Part shown: piece by piece, positions 29,754 through 39,547 of the stretch
Layout: each line of letters starts with the position of its first letter
How positions within the stretch are numbered: the first letter of the stretch is position 1
Assembly (NCBI GenBank): GCA_963737655.1
Contig: CAVTTN010000002.1
Span: 448,001 to 512,000 of the forward strand
Length of the DNA stretch: 64,000 nt
Source of the DNA: an uncultured Planctomycetota bacterium
GTDB lineage: Bacteria > Planctomycetota > Planctomycetia > Isosphaerales > Isosphaeraceae
Direction: 5' to 3'
Position numbers and translations under genes: made by a program
The notes under the pieces: model-generated
The model's input: only the letters and a program-made list of their open reading frames with translations
What the model was told of the DNA's origin: nothing
Databases searched by the model: none

Positions 29754-32059
29754 TTCAGGATGATCCGAACCGACGAGGCGAGTCGCGGGTCGCCTCGCTC
29801 GTCGAGCCCCTTACAGAACGTTTCGAGATCGGGCCTGGGCGTGAAGGTTTGCGCCTGGCCGCCCTCAATCTCGACCTTCACCGGCTTCGAAAGGTCCAGG
29901 AGCGACGGGTCGAGCCAGAGGGCGATCTGATCCTGTCCCTGGGCCTTGACGGCGACCGTATTTCCTTCGCGGACTTCCACTTCCAGCCGTCCTCCGTCCT
30001 TCGGTCCGGGGGCTTCGAGCCAGTAGAAGTGCTTCAGAACGTCGTCGGACTGGACCCAGACGACCCGCTTCGGCCACGGATCGCGAGGCCCCGCCTGGAT
30101 CATCTCGGCGACCTTGTCGCGATCCGGGACCGAGTGACCCACCCCGGGCTTCCACTCGAATCCGCCCGGATAGCCGCCATATTTGGCTTTCCATTCCTCC
30201 AGGCGCCTGGCGAACGCCTGGCAGCGGTCGGCCCGGCCGTAGGCGGTGTCTTTTTCGCCGACCATGTACGTAAACCGAACGTCCCGCAGGTTCTCGCCCT
30301 GGGTCTCGCCGTCGGTCGGGGCGGAGGCCGAGGCGTGGATCGCGGCGAAGCGGTCCGGGATCTTGGTGCCGATCACGAACGCGCCATAGCCGCCGTGGGA
30401 CGCCCCGAGGATGCAGACCTCGTCGGGGTTCACATCGCCAAACAAGACGAATTGACGGATCAAACGCTCGATCATCGGGCCGATGGCATCGTCGTAGAAC
30501 CCGTTCCACGCGTCGTTGGGTGCCCGGAGTGCCAGATAAACGTAGCCGCCGGCCTCGGGATGGTCCTTGTAGTAGTGTTCAAACATCCCCTTCCACTGGG
30601 AATCGTTCATCGCCTTCGGGCCGTTGCCTCCGCCATGCATGGCAATCACCAGGGCCCATCCGGCCTTTGGCTTCTCGCCGACGTGCCTCCAGAGATAAGG
30701 GCTTTCGCGGTCGGCCGTCTTCACGCGCTTTTCTTCGTACTCTTTTCGCAAGGTTTCGTGCTCGGGAGACGCCTTGTAAGCGAGCCAGGCGGCGTCCCGG
30801 GCCTTGTCGTCGAAGGGGATCTCGGCGAGGAGCTTGCGGGCGACCTCTTTCTTGGCCGCATCGGTGCCGAACCGATCGGCCAGGAGGGTGGCGAGATCGG
30901 CCTTTCCGGCGTCGGCCGCATTGAGGTCGAGCCGGACGACGGTATCCCCTTCGACGGTGGCCGCCCGGCAGGCGTCTCGGCCGTCGAGGCGGGCGACGAC
31001 CAGGTACGATTCGCCTTTTTTCGCCGGTCCCGAGAGGTGGAGGTTGATATCGGCCGATTCCCCCAAACTCTTGCCCGACAGGATTTTCTGGCCGGTCGAA
31101 CGGTCGAGCGCCGAGACCTCGGCCTCGACGCGACGGCCTCCCTGTCGGACCTCGACCATCAACCTGGGGCCTTCGGGGGGCTTCGAGGAGCCTCCCGTGT
31201 AATGGTCGGTCACGTTCTCGGCGTTGATCTCGGAGGTCGGGGCCCAGACCAGGGGAAAATGGCCGCCGGTCTTGCGGTAAGTCACGGCCCAGACGGCGTT
31301 TCGGGGTTGGTCCTTGAGGGCCTTCGCCGCGTCCCCGCCGAACCAGGCGTGATCGAGTCCGTTGGGGTCGGGCTCGGCCGCCCCGACGTAGTGCCAACGG
31401 CCGCCGTCCCAGATTTCGACCCAGGTATGGTTGCCGCCCCGTCCGGGCCACGAATGGATGCCGGCCAGCCGGCTCGGCACGCCGACCGCCCGAGCGGCCT
31501 CCACCAGCATGATCGAGAGGCCCGTGCAGGTGGCCATCCCCTGAGCGATCGTCTCCTTCGAATTCTGGTCGGTCCGCAGCCGGCGGGTGTTGTAGCCGAC
31601 CTTGTATTCCTTGAAGAGGGCCGCATTGAGCTTGAGCGCGGCCTCGCCGGGGGTCTTGCAATCCTTCACCAGGGGCAGATAGCGATCGTGGAACTCGCGG
31701 CGCATCGGGTCGCGAGGCTCGGTCACGCTGGCGTGGGGGAGGACGGCGTCGAGGAAAACGTCCTCCGGAAGTCCCGGCCCCCACGGCACTTCGGATCGGG
31801 CCTGATAAGCGAGCGCCACGTTCTCGGCGAGGGCCTTCGGCGGCAGGCGATCGAGGTCTCGCCGGGGGAGGTCGGCGAGGAGATAGAGTGCGCCGGGTCG
31901 ATGCTCGGGCGGGATCGTGCCGAGCATCTCGATCCACGAGGCGCGTTTCTCGGGCGACCGATCGAGCGATGCCCGGACGCTTTCCGCCCAGTTGGGCAAT
32001 TCCGCGGGCGAGTCCACGGCCATCGAGGCCGCCACGAACGACAGGACGAGCGCGATCAT
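29750..32059 (-). CDS. Secreted transglutaminase-like domain plus C-terminal alpha/beta-hydrolase fusion
   Basis: ATCTGLSIML and GNHTWVEIWD (Cys/His); MHGGG, GASHGG nucleophile elbow, GEKD, GVGH. Confidence 0.8.
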   Translation of the reverse strand: MIALVLSFVAASMAVDSPAELPNWAESVRASLDRSPEKRASWIEMLGTIPPEHRPGALYLLADLPRRDLDRLPPKALAENVALAYQARSEVPWGPGLPEDVFLDAVLPHASVTEPRDPMRREFHDRYLPLVKDCKTPGEAALKLNAALFKEYKVGYNTRRLRTDQNSKETIAQGMATCTGLSIMLVEAARAVGVPSRLAGIHSWPGRGGNHTWVEIWDGGRWHYVGAAEPDPNGLDHAWFGGDAAKALKDQPRNAVWAVTYRKTGGHFPLVWAPTSEINAENVTDHYTGGSSKPPEGPRLMVEVRQGGRRVEAEVSALDRSTGQKILSGKSLGESADINLHLSGPAKKGESYLVVARLDGRDACRAATVEGDTVVRLDLNAADAGKADLATLLADRFGTDAAKKEVARKLLAEIPFDDKARDAAWLAYKASPEHETLRKEYEEKRVKTADRESPYLWRHVGEKPKAGWALVIAMHGGGNGPKAMNDSQWKGMFEHYYKDHPEAGGYVYLALRAPNDAWNGFYDDAIGPMIERLIRQFVLFGDVNPDEVCILGASHGGYGAFVIGTKIPDRFAAIHASASAPTDGETQGENLRDVRFTYMVGEKDTAYGRADRCQAFARRLEEWKAKYGGYPGGFEWKPGVGHSVPDRDKVAEMIQAGPRDPWPKRVVWVQSDDVLKHFYWLEAPGPKDGGRLEVEVREGNTVAVKAQGQDQIALWLDPSLLDLSKPVKVEIEGGQAQTFTPRPDLETFCKGLDERGDPRLASSVRIILK

Positions 32060-32204
32060 CCGAACCTCCGAGGGATTCTCCGGGCTGATCGGCCCATGAT
32101 CGCCTCGGATCGCGCTCAACGGAAGACGCTTCCGGCGGAAAGGGCCGGGGATCGATCGGCGGAGGACGCCAACCCTCGTCAATCGAGTTCGCGCACGCCG
32201 AGGG

Positions 32205-33383
32205 TCAGAAGCTCATGAAGGGGACGGGCAGGAGGAAGGCGTGTTGCTCGAAGAGGCTGGCGGCGCCTCCCCAGGAGGTGTACTGGGCGAGGAAGACGAT
32301 CAACACATACAGGGCCGTGGCGGGGAGGATGGCGACCCTCCCGAGGAGGCCGAGCGTCCAGTGGCGGGGGCGTTCCCGGCGGGCCGATCGGGCGTAGGCC
32401 CACCCCACGAGCAGGCGGGCCGGCGCGAGGAAGCCGATGAAGATCAGGCCCGGGAGCCAGGCCGAATCGCGGGGGATCGCCTCGATCTTGAGCAGATAGA
32501 GCGGGATTGCGGCCAGGAGGAGGGCCATCAGGGCGAAGGCGAACGCCCACGGGGCGCGTCGGAAGCGGTCGCGGACCGCGCCCAGGCCGAGGAACGCCCG
32601 GGCCCGGCCCTCGACGGCGTAGCGCACCTGCAAGAACGGCAGGCTCGCCGCCACGAACCCGAGGCTCAGAGCACCCAGGAACCCGAGGAGCGGAAATCGG
32701 CCGCCCGAGGCGATCAGCCCGGCGGGGCCGATCAGCCAGGCGAGCGTGCCGAGGAACCCGACCAGGCCGATGCGGAAGTAGTAGAGCGGACGGAGCCCCG
32801 AGGCGAACGCCCAGAGTCCGTCGCGGGCCTCGGCATAAAGGCCCCCTCGGCGAATCCGCCCGACCAGCCAGAACGGGGTCGTCAAGGGCCAGAGGAAGGA
32901 CCGCAGACGCCCGCCCCGCAAGCACGCGGCGGCGATGTGGAGGCCCGAGAGGATCAGGACCAGGCCCAGGGCGACCCGCCAGCCCCGGGGGCCAACGCCG
33001 CCCGGGTCGATGATCTCCGCCGATCTCGCCAGCCCCTCGATCAGCGCCGCGGGCAGGAGCGAGACCCAGACCCCGAGCACCACGCCGCCCACTCGGGCCG
33101 CCTTGCGGACCCCGATCAGCCCGTCGCGAATCCGGCCGGATCTCGCCACCCTGGCCGACGATTCGAGCAGGTATCCCATGCACAGGAACTGGGCGATCGG
33201 CAACGTCGCCAGGACCGACAGCCCCGAGACCAGGGTGACCAGGCCGAAGATCCATTCGGCCCCCGAGCCGATCAGCCGGGCCGTCCCCGAGGCGATCCGC
33301 CACGGGGCCGGTCGCCTCCTCGGCCGAGGCGCACGAGTCTCCGCGTACGCCTCCAGACTCTCGATCACGATGACGTCGTCCAT
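32205..33383 (-). CDS. Multi-pass membrane protein (DUF4013-like)
   Basis: About 8 TM segments; divergent from the DUF1549/1553 gene. Confidence 0.7.
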   Translation of the reverse strand: MDDVIVIESLEAYAETRAPRPRRRPAPWRIASGTARLIGSGAEWIFGLVTLVSGLSVLATLPIAQFLCMGYLLESSARVARSGRIRDGLIGVRKAARVGGVVLGVWVSLLPAALIEGLARSAEIIDPGGVGPRGWRVALGLVLILSGLHIAAACLRGGRLRSFLWPLTTPFWLVGRIRRGGLYAEARDGLWAFASGLRPLYYFRIGLVGFLGTLAWLIGPAGLIASGGRFPLLGFLGALSLGFVAASLPFLQVRYAVEGRARAFLGLGAVRDRFRRAPWAFAFALMALLLAAIPLYLLKIEAIPRDSAWLPGLIFIGFLAPARLLVGWAYARSARRERPRHWTLGLLGRVAILPATALYVLIVFLAQYTSWGGAASLFEQHAFLLPVPFMSF

Positions 33384-33602
33384 GCCCCGAATTACAGCCG
33401 ATCCGCGCGCCGTGTTTCAAGAATTCGCCGACGCGAATCGCGAAGGCAGGTCACGCAAAGATCAAAATTCGACCATGATTGAGTTTGTGAAGGATGCGGT
33501 CCGCAGTTCTCGCTCTTGCGGGTCGCCTCATCGGGTCGTCGCCCGGAATTCGTGAAACGAGATCGGGGCGGGGGCGGTATCCTCGGGGGAAAGGAGGCCG
33601 GA

Positions 33603-35210
33603 ATGGGCGTTCGCGATTTGTTGTTCGTCGGCGTGGTGGTGGGCGGGAGCGTCGCCCTGGGCGCGGGCCTCTGGAGGGCGAAGGGGGGCGGCCGGGGCGG
33701 CGCGGAAATCCCGGTTTCGCCTCGCGAGGACTTCAAGACGGCCGTGGCCGAGGTCGATTCGGCGATCCGTCGGGGCTGTGCCGAGAAGGGCCTGAAGCCC
33801 GCCCCTCGGGCGTCGGACCTGGCCGTGCTTCGGCGGATGAGCCTGGCGCTGACCGGCTCGATCCCGTCCCTGGAGGAGGTCCGCCGGTTCGAGTCGATCG
33901 CCCCGGAGGGCCGGGTCGATTCGTGGCTCGAAATCCTCCTGAAAGACCGACGGACGGCCGACAGCCTGGCCGAGCGGTTCGCCCGAGCGTTCGTGGGGAC
34001 GGAGGACGGCCCGTTCATCCTGTTCCGCCGCCGCCGATTCGCCTCGTGGCTGGGGGACGCCTTCCACCAGAACCGGCCGTATGACGCGATCGTCCGCGAG
34101 ATGATCGCCGGCGAAGGGGTCTGGACCGACCACCCGGCCACGAATTTCGTGTCGGTCACGTTCAGCCAGGAAACCAAGCTGCCCGACCCCGAGAGGCTGG
34201 CGGCCCGGACGTCGCGCGCATTCCTGGGCGTCCGGCTCGATTGCGCCCAGTGCCACGACCACCCGTTCCAGCCCTGGACGCAGGCCGATTTCCGAGGGCT
34301 CGCGGCGTACTTCGGCACCGTCCAGGCGACCCTTCGCGGCATCCACGGCGGCGAGAACTTCTATCGGCCCGCCGACCGCAAGACCAAGGCGCCGGTGGAG
34401 GTCGCGGCCCGAGTCCCGTTCCATCCGGAGCTGGTGCCGGACTCGGGCGATCCCCGGACGAGGCTCGCCCGGTGGGTGACCGACCCCGGGAACCCGAATT
34501 TCGCCCGGGCCACGGCCAACCGCGTCTGGGCCCTGATGCTCGGCCGCCCGCTGGTCGATCCGGTGGACGACCTGCCCGCCTCGGGCGACGTGCCGGAGGC
34601 GCTGGACCTGCTCGCGAAGGACTTCTCGGCCCACGGCCATGACCTCCGCCGCCTGATCCGCCTGATCGCCTCGACCGAGGCGTTCCGCCGCGATAGCGCC
34701 GACGAGTCGAGCGAGCCTTCGGAGGAATCCGAGGCCGCGTGGGCCGTCTTCCCCATGACCCGGCTGAGGCCCGATCAGGTGGCCGCCTCCCTCTTCCAGA
34801 GCGGGACCGTGGCCACGATCGACTCCCGGTCCTTCTGGCTGGCCCGGCTGGCGGTGTTCACGGGTCAAAATGATTTCGTGAGACGTTATGGAGACACCGG
34901 CGAGGACGAATTCGACGGCGGCTCCGGCACGATCCCCCAGCGCCTCCTCCTGATGAACGGCCAGCTCGTCGGCGAGAAGATCAAGGACGAGCTGTTCAAC
35001 GCCTCCAGCCTGATCGCCGGCCTCTCGCCCGACGACTCGAAGGCGATCGACGCGGCGTACCTGACCGTGTTGACCCGTCGTCCCTCGCCCGAGGAGCTCG
35101 CGTATTTCGCCGCGAGGGTCGCCGGGACGAAGGGGAAGGAGCGGAAGGACCGGCTCACCGACCTGTTCTGGACGCTCATCAACTCATCCGAGTTCTCGTG
35201 GAATCATTGA
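33603..35210 (+). CDS. DUF1549/DUF1553 (PSD1) domain protein
   Basis: LRRMSLALTGSIPS, FLGVRLDCAQCHDHPF, ANRVW..MLGRPLV.PVDD, WTLINSSEF. Confidence 0.9.
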   Translation: MGVRDLLFVGVVVGGSVALGAGLWRAKGGGRGGAEIPVSPREDFKTAVAEVDSAIRRGCAEKGLKPAPRASDLAVLRRMSLALTGSIPSLEEVRRFESIAPEGRVDSWLEILLKDRRTADSLAERFARAFVGTEDGPFILFRRRRFASWLGDAFHQNRPYDAIVREMIAGEGVWTDHPATNFVSVTFSQETKLPDPERLAARTSRAFLGVRLDCAQCHDHPFQPWTQADFRGLAAYFGTVQATLRGIHGGENFYRPADRKTKAPVEVAARVPFHPELVPDSGDPRTRLARWVTDPGNPNFARATANRVWALMLGRPLVDPVDDLPASGDVPEALDLLAKDFSAHGHDLRRLIRLIASTEAFRRDSADESSEPSEESEAAWAVFPMTRLRPDQVAASLFQSGTVATIDSRSFWLARLAVFTGQNDFVRRYGDTGEDEFDGGSGTIPQRLLLMNGQLVGEKIKDELFNASSLIAGLSPDDSKAIDAAYLTVLTRRPSPEELAYFAARVAGTKGKERKDRLTDLFWTLINSSEFSWNH

Positions 35211-35248
35211 CCCCGACCCCGACCCCGGCCAGTCCTTCCGAGGTTCCC

Positions 35249-36490
35249 ATGCTCGATCGTCGCGGATTCCTCTCTCTGGCCGGGTTGAGCTGGCTGACGC
35301 CCGTCGGCATGGCCCTGGCGGCCCGGGCCGAGGCGACCCGGGCCCCGGCGAAGTCGGTCATCTTCCTCTGGCTCGACGGCGGACCCAGCCAGCTCGAGAC
35401 GTTCGACCCCCATCCCGACAGGCCGATCTCGGGCGAGACCAAGGCCATCAAGACGGCCGCGAAGGGCGTCGCGATCGCCTCCAGCTACGGGAGGCTGGCC
35501 GAGGAGATGGGGTCCGTGGCCCTGGTGCGCTCGATCGTCAGCAAGGAGGGGGACCACGAGCGAGGGACGTACCTGATGAAGACCGGGTATCGGCCCGATC
35601 CCACGGTCGTTCATCCCTCGATCGGCGCGATCTGCTGCCACGAATTGCCGGTGGGGACGACGGAGGTCCCCCGTCACATCTCGATCCTGACCGGCCGGTG
35701 GCCGAGCCGGGGCGGGTTCCTCGGCGGCGAGTTCGACGCCTTCCAGATCGACGACCCCAAGGGCCATCTGCCCGACGTTTCCTCGCTCGCCGACACCTCG
35801 CGAGACGCGCAAAGAATCCGCGACCTCGACGTGGTGGAGCGGGCGTTCGCCCGGGGCCGACGAGGCCGGGTCGAGGCGACCCTCCATCGCGAGACGATCG
35901 GCCGGGCCCGCACGATGATGGCCTCCGACCAGCTCAAGGCGTTCGACGTGACCCGAGAATCGGCGAGCGTGAGGGCCGAGTACGGCGACACCGCGTTCGG
36001 CCGGGGATGCCTGGCCGCGAGGAGGCTGATCGAGGTGGGCGTCCGATGCGTGGAGGTCACGCTCGGCGGCTGGGACGCTCACGTGAACAACCACGAGACC
36101 CACGCCAACCTCGCCAAAACCCTCGACCCCGCCTTCTCCGCCCTGTTGCGCGACCTGAAACGTCGCGGCCTGCTCGAACACACCGTGGTGATGTGCGGAG
36201 GCGAGTTCGGCCGGACGCCCAAGGTGAACGTCGCGGGAGGTCGCGACCACTGGACGAACGGATTCAGCATGGCCCTGGCCGGCGGAGGGATTCGAGGCGG
36301 CTTCGCCCTCGGGACCACCGACCCCGAAGGCAGCCTCGCCCCGCCAGGTCGGCCGGTGGGCGTCGAGGACGTCCACGCCTCGGTGCTCACCGCCCTCGGC
36401 CTCGACCCCGCCCGAGAAAACATCGCACCCATCACCACCCGGCCGATCAAGCTCAGCACGGGGCGGGCGATCCCGGAGTTGCTGGGCTGA
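35249..36490 (+). CDS. DUF1501 domain protein (Tat signal)
   Basis: DRRGFL, FLWLDGGPSQLETFDP, GWDAH, GEFGRTP, GRDHW. Confidence 0.92.
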   Translation: MLDRRGFLSLAGLSWLTPVGMALAARAEATRAPAKSVIFLWLDGGPSQLETFDPHPDRPISGETKAIKTAAKGVAIASSYGRLAEEMGSVALVRSIVSKEGDHERGTYLMKTGYRPDPTVVHPSIGAICCHELPVGTTEVPRHISILTGRWPSRGGFLGGEFDAFQIDDPKGHLPDVSSLADTSRDAQRIRDLDVVERAFARGRRGRVEATLHRETIGRARTMMASDQLKAFDVTRESASVRAEYGDTAFGRGCLAARRLIEVGVRCVEVTLGGWDAHVNNHETHANLAKTLDPAFSALLRDLKRRGLLEHTVVMCGGEFGRTPKVNVAGGRDHWTNGFSMALAGGGIRGGFALGTTDPEGSLAPPGRPVGVEDVHASVLTALGLDPARENIAPITTRPIKLSTGRAIPELLG

Positions 36491-36497
36491 TCGGCCC

Positions 36498-37628
36498 TCA
36501 TGGATCGACGATCACCACGTCCACGCCCTCGGTCTGGCGCAACAGGCATTCGAGGATCGAGCCGCCGAGCCATCGGCGGGCCCGGGGCTGGCGGGTCTTG
36601 CCCATCACGATCACCTTGATGTCGTATTCGCGAGCGAACGCGGCGATCGTGCTCGCGACGTCCCGGCCCCGGAAGGTCATGGGGATTCCCCCGAGCTTCT
36701 GGGCGAGTTCGAGGTTCTCGGCGATCACCCGTTGCGTGGCGGCCTCGACTCGCGTGAGGTCCTCGGCGGGGGTCTGGATGTAGACCGCGTACCACGGGGC
36801 ATTCAGGCGGTCGGCCAGCCTCGCCGCCTTGCGGAGCAGGGCCGGGGCGTTCGGGCTTCGGCTGGAGAGGCCGACCATCACGCGGTCCGTGGCGGAGGCC
36901 GGCGCCTTGTCCGCCTCGGCCCTTCGCCCTCGACGGTCGATCAGGTGGGCCACTTCCATCAGGGCGAGCTCGCGGAGCCTCGTCAGGTTCGGCGGCGTGA
37001 AGAAATTCTCCATCGCCCGATTCGCGCGGTCGGGCGGATAGACCTTGCCGGCCTTCATCCGATCCAGGAGGTCCTCGACCGAGACGTCGATGTTCACGAT
37101 TTGATCCGCCTCGCCGAGGACGCCGTCGGGCAATCGCTCCTTCACCTTGACGCCCGTGACGCGCTCGACCTGGTCGTACAGGCTCTCCAGATGCTGGATG
37201 TTCACCGTGGTGATCACGTGAATTCCCGCCCGGAGCAGGGCCTCGACGTCCTGAAACCGCTTCGCGTGACGGCTGCCGGGGGCGTTGGTGTGGGCCAGCT
37301 CGTCCACCAGGCAGACCGTCGGCCTCCTCGCGAGGATTGCGTCGAGGTCCATCTCCTTGAGCGTCACGCCGCGATATTCGATCTCCCGGGGCGGGATGAC
37401 CTCCAGGTCGGCGACCTGCTCGGCGGTGTCGGCGCGGCCGTGGGTCTCGACGATCCCGATCGCCACGTCCACGGCCTGGGCCTTCAGCCGTTGCCCCTCG
37501 CGGAGCATGGCGAACGTCTTGCCGACGCCGGCCGAGGAGCCGAGGTAGACCTTGAGCCGGCCCCGTTCCTGGCGGCGGATCAGGTTCAGGAACTGCTCGG
37601 GAGACGGGCGGGCGGGTTCGACGGCCAT
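36498..37628 (-). CDS. kdpD: Truncated KdpD: KdpD N-terminal domain plus Usp domain, no TM or kinase domain
   Basis: RGRLKVYLGSSAGVGKTFAML, ETHGR, VDELAHTN, NIQHLESL, LRELAL, then Usp domain; 376 aa only. Confidence 0.92.
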   Translation of the reverse strand: MAVEPARPSPEQFLNLIRRQERGRLKVYLGSSAGVGKTFAMLREGQRLKAQAVDVAIGIVETHGRADTAEQVADLEVIPPREIEYRGVTLKEMDLDAILARRPTVCLVDELAHTNAPGSRHAKRFQDVEALLRAGIHVITTVNIQHLESLYDQVERVTGVKVKERLPDGVLGEADQIVNIDVSVEDLLDRMKAGKVYPPDRANRAMENFFTPPNLTRLRELALMEVAHLIDRRGRRAEADKAPASATDRVMVGLSSRSPNAPALLRKAARLADRLNAPWYAVYIQTPAEDLTRVEAATQRVIAENLELAQKLGGIPMTFRGRDVASTIAAFAREYDIKVIVMGKTRQPRARRWLGGSILECLLRQTEGVDVVIVDP

Positions 37629-37710
37629 GACGGGGACGACGCCTCGGGGGGCCTCGGGGCGGACGCGAAGCCCTCGGCGACCGCGAAGGCCGTCGAGGGG
37701 CGAGGTTCGA

Positions 37711-37923
37711 TCAGTCGAAGTGGATCTCGGCGTAGCACTGGGACTTCACGAAGGCGTCGAGGTCGTAGTACTCCTCGACGCATGTGTCGGTCAGGGCCAC
37801 CACCCGCCCGTCGGCCCTCGTGAAGAGGACGAGCCAGCCGTCCAGGGCGCGGAACGGGTCGTGGTTCTCGATGGCCTCGCCTCCCAGGACGAAGGCGATG
37901 GCCGAGGCATCCCTCTCGCTCAC
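37711..37923 (-). CDS. 70-aa acidic hypothetical protein inside the kdp operon
   Basis: GGAGGA SD before GTG; natural composition; lies between kdpC and kdpD. Confidence 0.6.
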   Translation of the reverse strand: MSERDASAIAFVLGGEAIENHDPFRALDGWLVLFTRADGRVVALTDTCVEEYYDLDAFVKSQCYAEIHFD

Positions 37924-37941
37924 GGCTGGGTCCTCCGTAGA

Positions 37942-39428
37942 TCATTTCCGAGGGGTCCGGGCGCGATAGTACCCAAGCCAGTCCTTGCCCGTCTCGCGGG
38001 TCAGTTCGGAGAGGGCGGCGTCGATCTCGGCGGGAGTTGGCGTACCGGCCTTCTCGAGCGCAACACCCTTCAGGACGAGGGCCTCGGCCTCGCCCTTCCA
38101 GTCGTTGGTGGCCAGGCCGTGGGCGATCGCCGCGAAGTACCAGGCTCGGGCATCGTCCGGACCGGCGGAGGCGGCCGAGCGGAACTCGGACGCCGCCGCC
38201 GCGAACCGCTTCTCGCGGAAGGCGATCAGGCCGGCGGAGAGGCGTTCCGGAGACCTCAAGGCCGGGACGATCTTCGCCTTCAGGGCCTCGACTTGCTTTT
38301 CCGGGCGGGCCAGGGCCGCGTCGGGCCGGGGCGCCTCGCGGATCGTCTTGAATTCGGCCTGGAGGGCCCGGAACTCACGGCCGAGGCCCGCGACCCGGCC
38401 GTCGATCTCGCCGACCTTCGCCTCCGCGGGCCCCTCGGCCTCGGCCATCCGGCCGACCCGGACCTTGAGGTCCTTCAGGTCGTCGGCCATCTTGTCGAGG
38501 GACGCCCCCTCGACCCGCTCGCGGAGCCTCTCGACCCTCCTCGACAGCTCGTCCACGACCGACGGAGCCGGCGGGGCGGCCGCCGGGGTGCTCTCGGTCT
38601 TCGCCTCGGGCGCCACGGACCGTTCGGCGGGCGGCGGCGCGGGAGCGTTCGGGGCCGTCTCGACCGAGGCGACGGTCTCCGGCATGTCCTGGTCGAGGTC
38701 CAGGTTCAAGCGGAGGACGTTAACCCTCGCCGGGGCGCCGAGGATCGCGCCGAGGTGTTCACGTGCTCGTCGATCAGCTTCATCACGCGATCGACGGCCA
38801 CCTTCCTCGCCGCCGCGACCCTCGGGGCCTGGTAGCGGGCCGCCTCGGGGCTGATGTCGGGGTCGAGCCCGGCGCCGGAGGCCGTCACGAGATCGACCGG
38901 GACCAGGTCCTCGGCCTTCTTGCCCAGCTCCGAGGCGCGGGCGAGGGCCTCGGCCCTGGCGGAGGAGGCCCCGGCTTCGAGCCCGGCGATGGCCGCGGTG
39001 TCGGCCTCGGTGGGCCGCTTGATCTCCGCCTTGGCCTTGAGATCGGCCTGCGCCGCGTCGAGCTTGTCGAGGCCGGCCTTGAGCGCGGCGTCGCCGGTCC
39101 GGGCCAGGACCTGGCGGGCCGAGTCCAGGGCGATCCGGTCGTGCAGGGCCGGGTTCGTCGTGCCGAGGTTCGAGCCGCTCGCGGCGTCCGCCGCGTAGCC
39201 GGTCGCCCCGGCCGCCGACGGCCTCGGCCAGAAGTATTTCTCCGACGCGAACGGCTGGGCGATCAGCTCCGAGCCGACCACCCGGCCCGATCGCTCGATC
39301 AGGCTCCCGTTCGCCTGCCTCGGGAACAGTGAATGGCCCAGCCCGTAGACGGCCGCCGGGTACGCGACGGCGCAGACGACGAACGTCACGAGGCAAGCGA
39401 GCAAGGCGTTGACTGTCTCGCGGATCAT
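37942..39428 (-). CDS. kdpC: K+-transporting ATPase subunit C with internal helical insertion and ~250-aa C-terminal coiled-coil/TPR extension; 1-nt deletion at ~38750
   Basis: YPAAV..FPRQANGSL, GSELIAQPF..YFWPRPSA, SGSNLG, VTASGAGLDPDISP; after adding one G: GAPARVNVLRLNLDLD, then no stop until 37942. Confidence 0.85.
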
Positions 39429-39547
39429 GGGGTTCCCGGTCCTTCCCCTCGGATCGAGGGGGCCTTGTGTTCTTCGTTCGAATCCCGGCCGGAGCGGGGA
39501 CACGCGCCTCGCGGCCGAGGAGCCAGTCCCCACTCCGTCGGGGATTC

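Noticed and set aside
33450..33492. Imperfect inverted repeat in the divergent promoter region as an operator
   Set aside because: Too degenerate to support without comparative data
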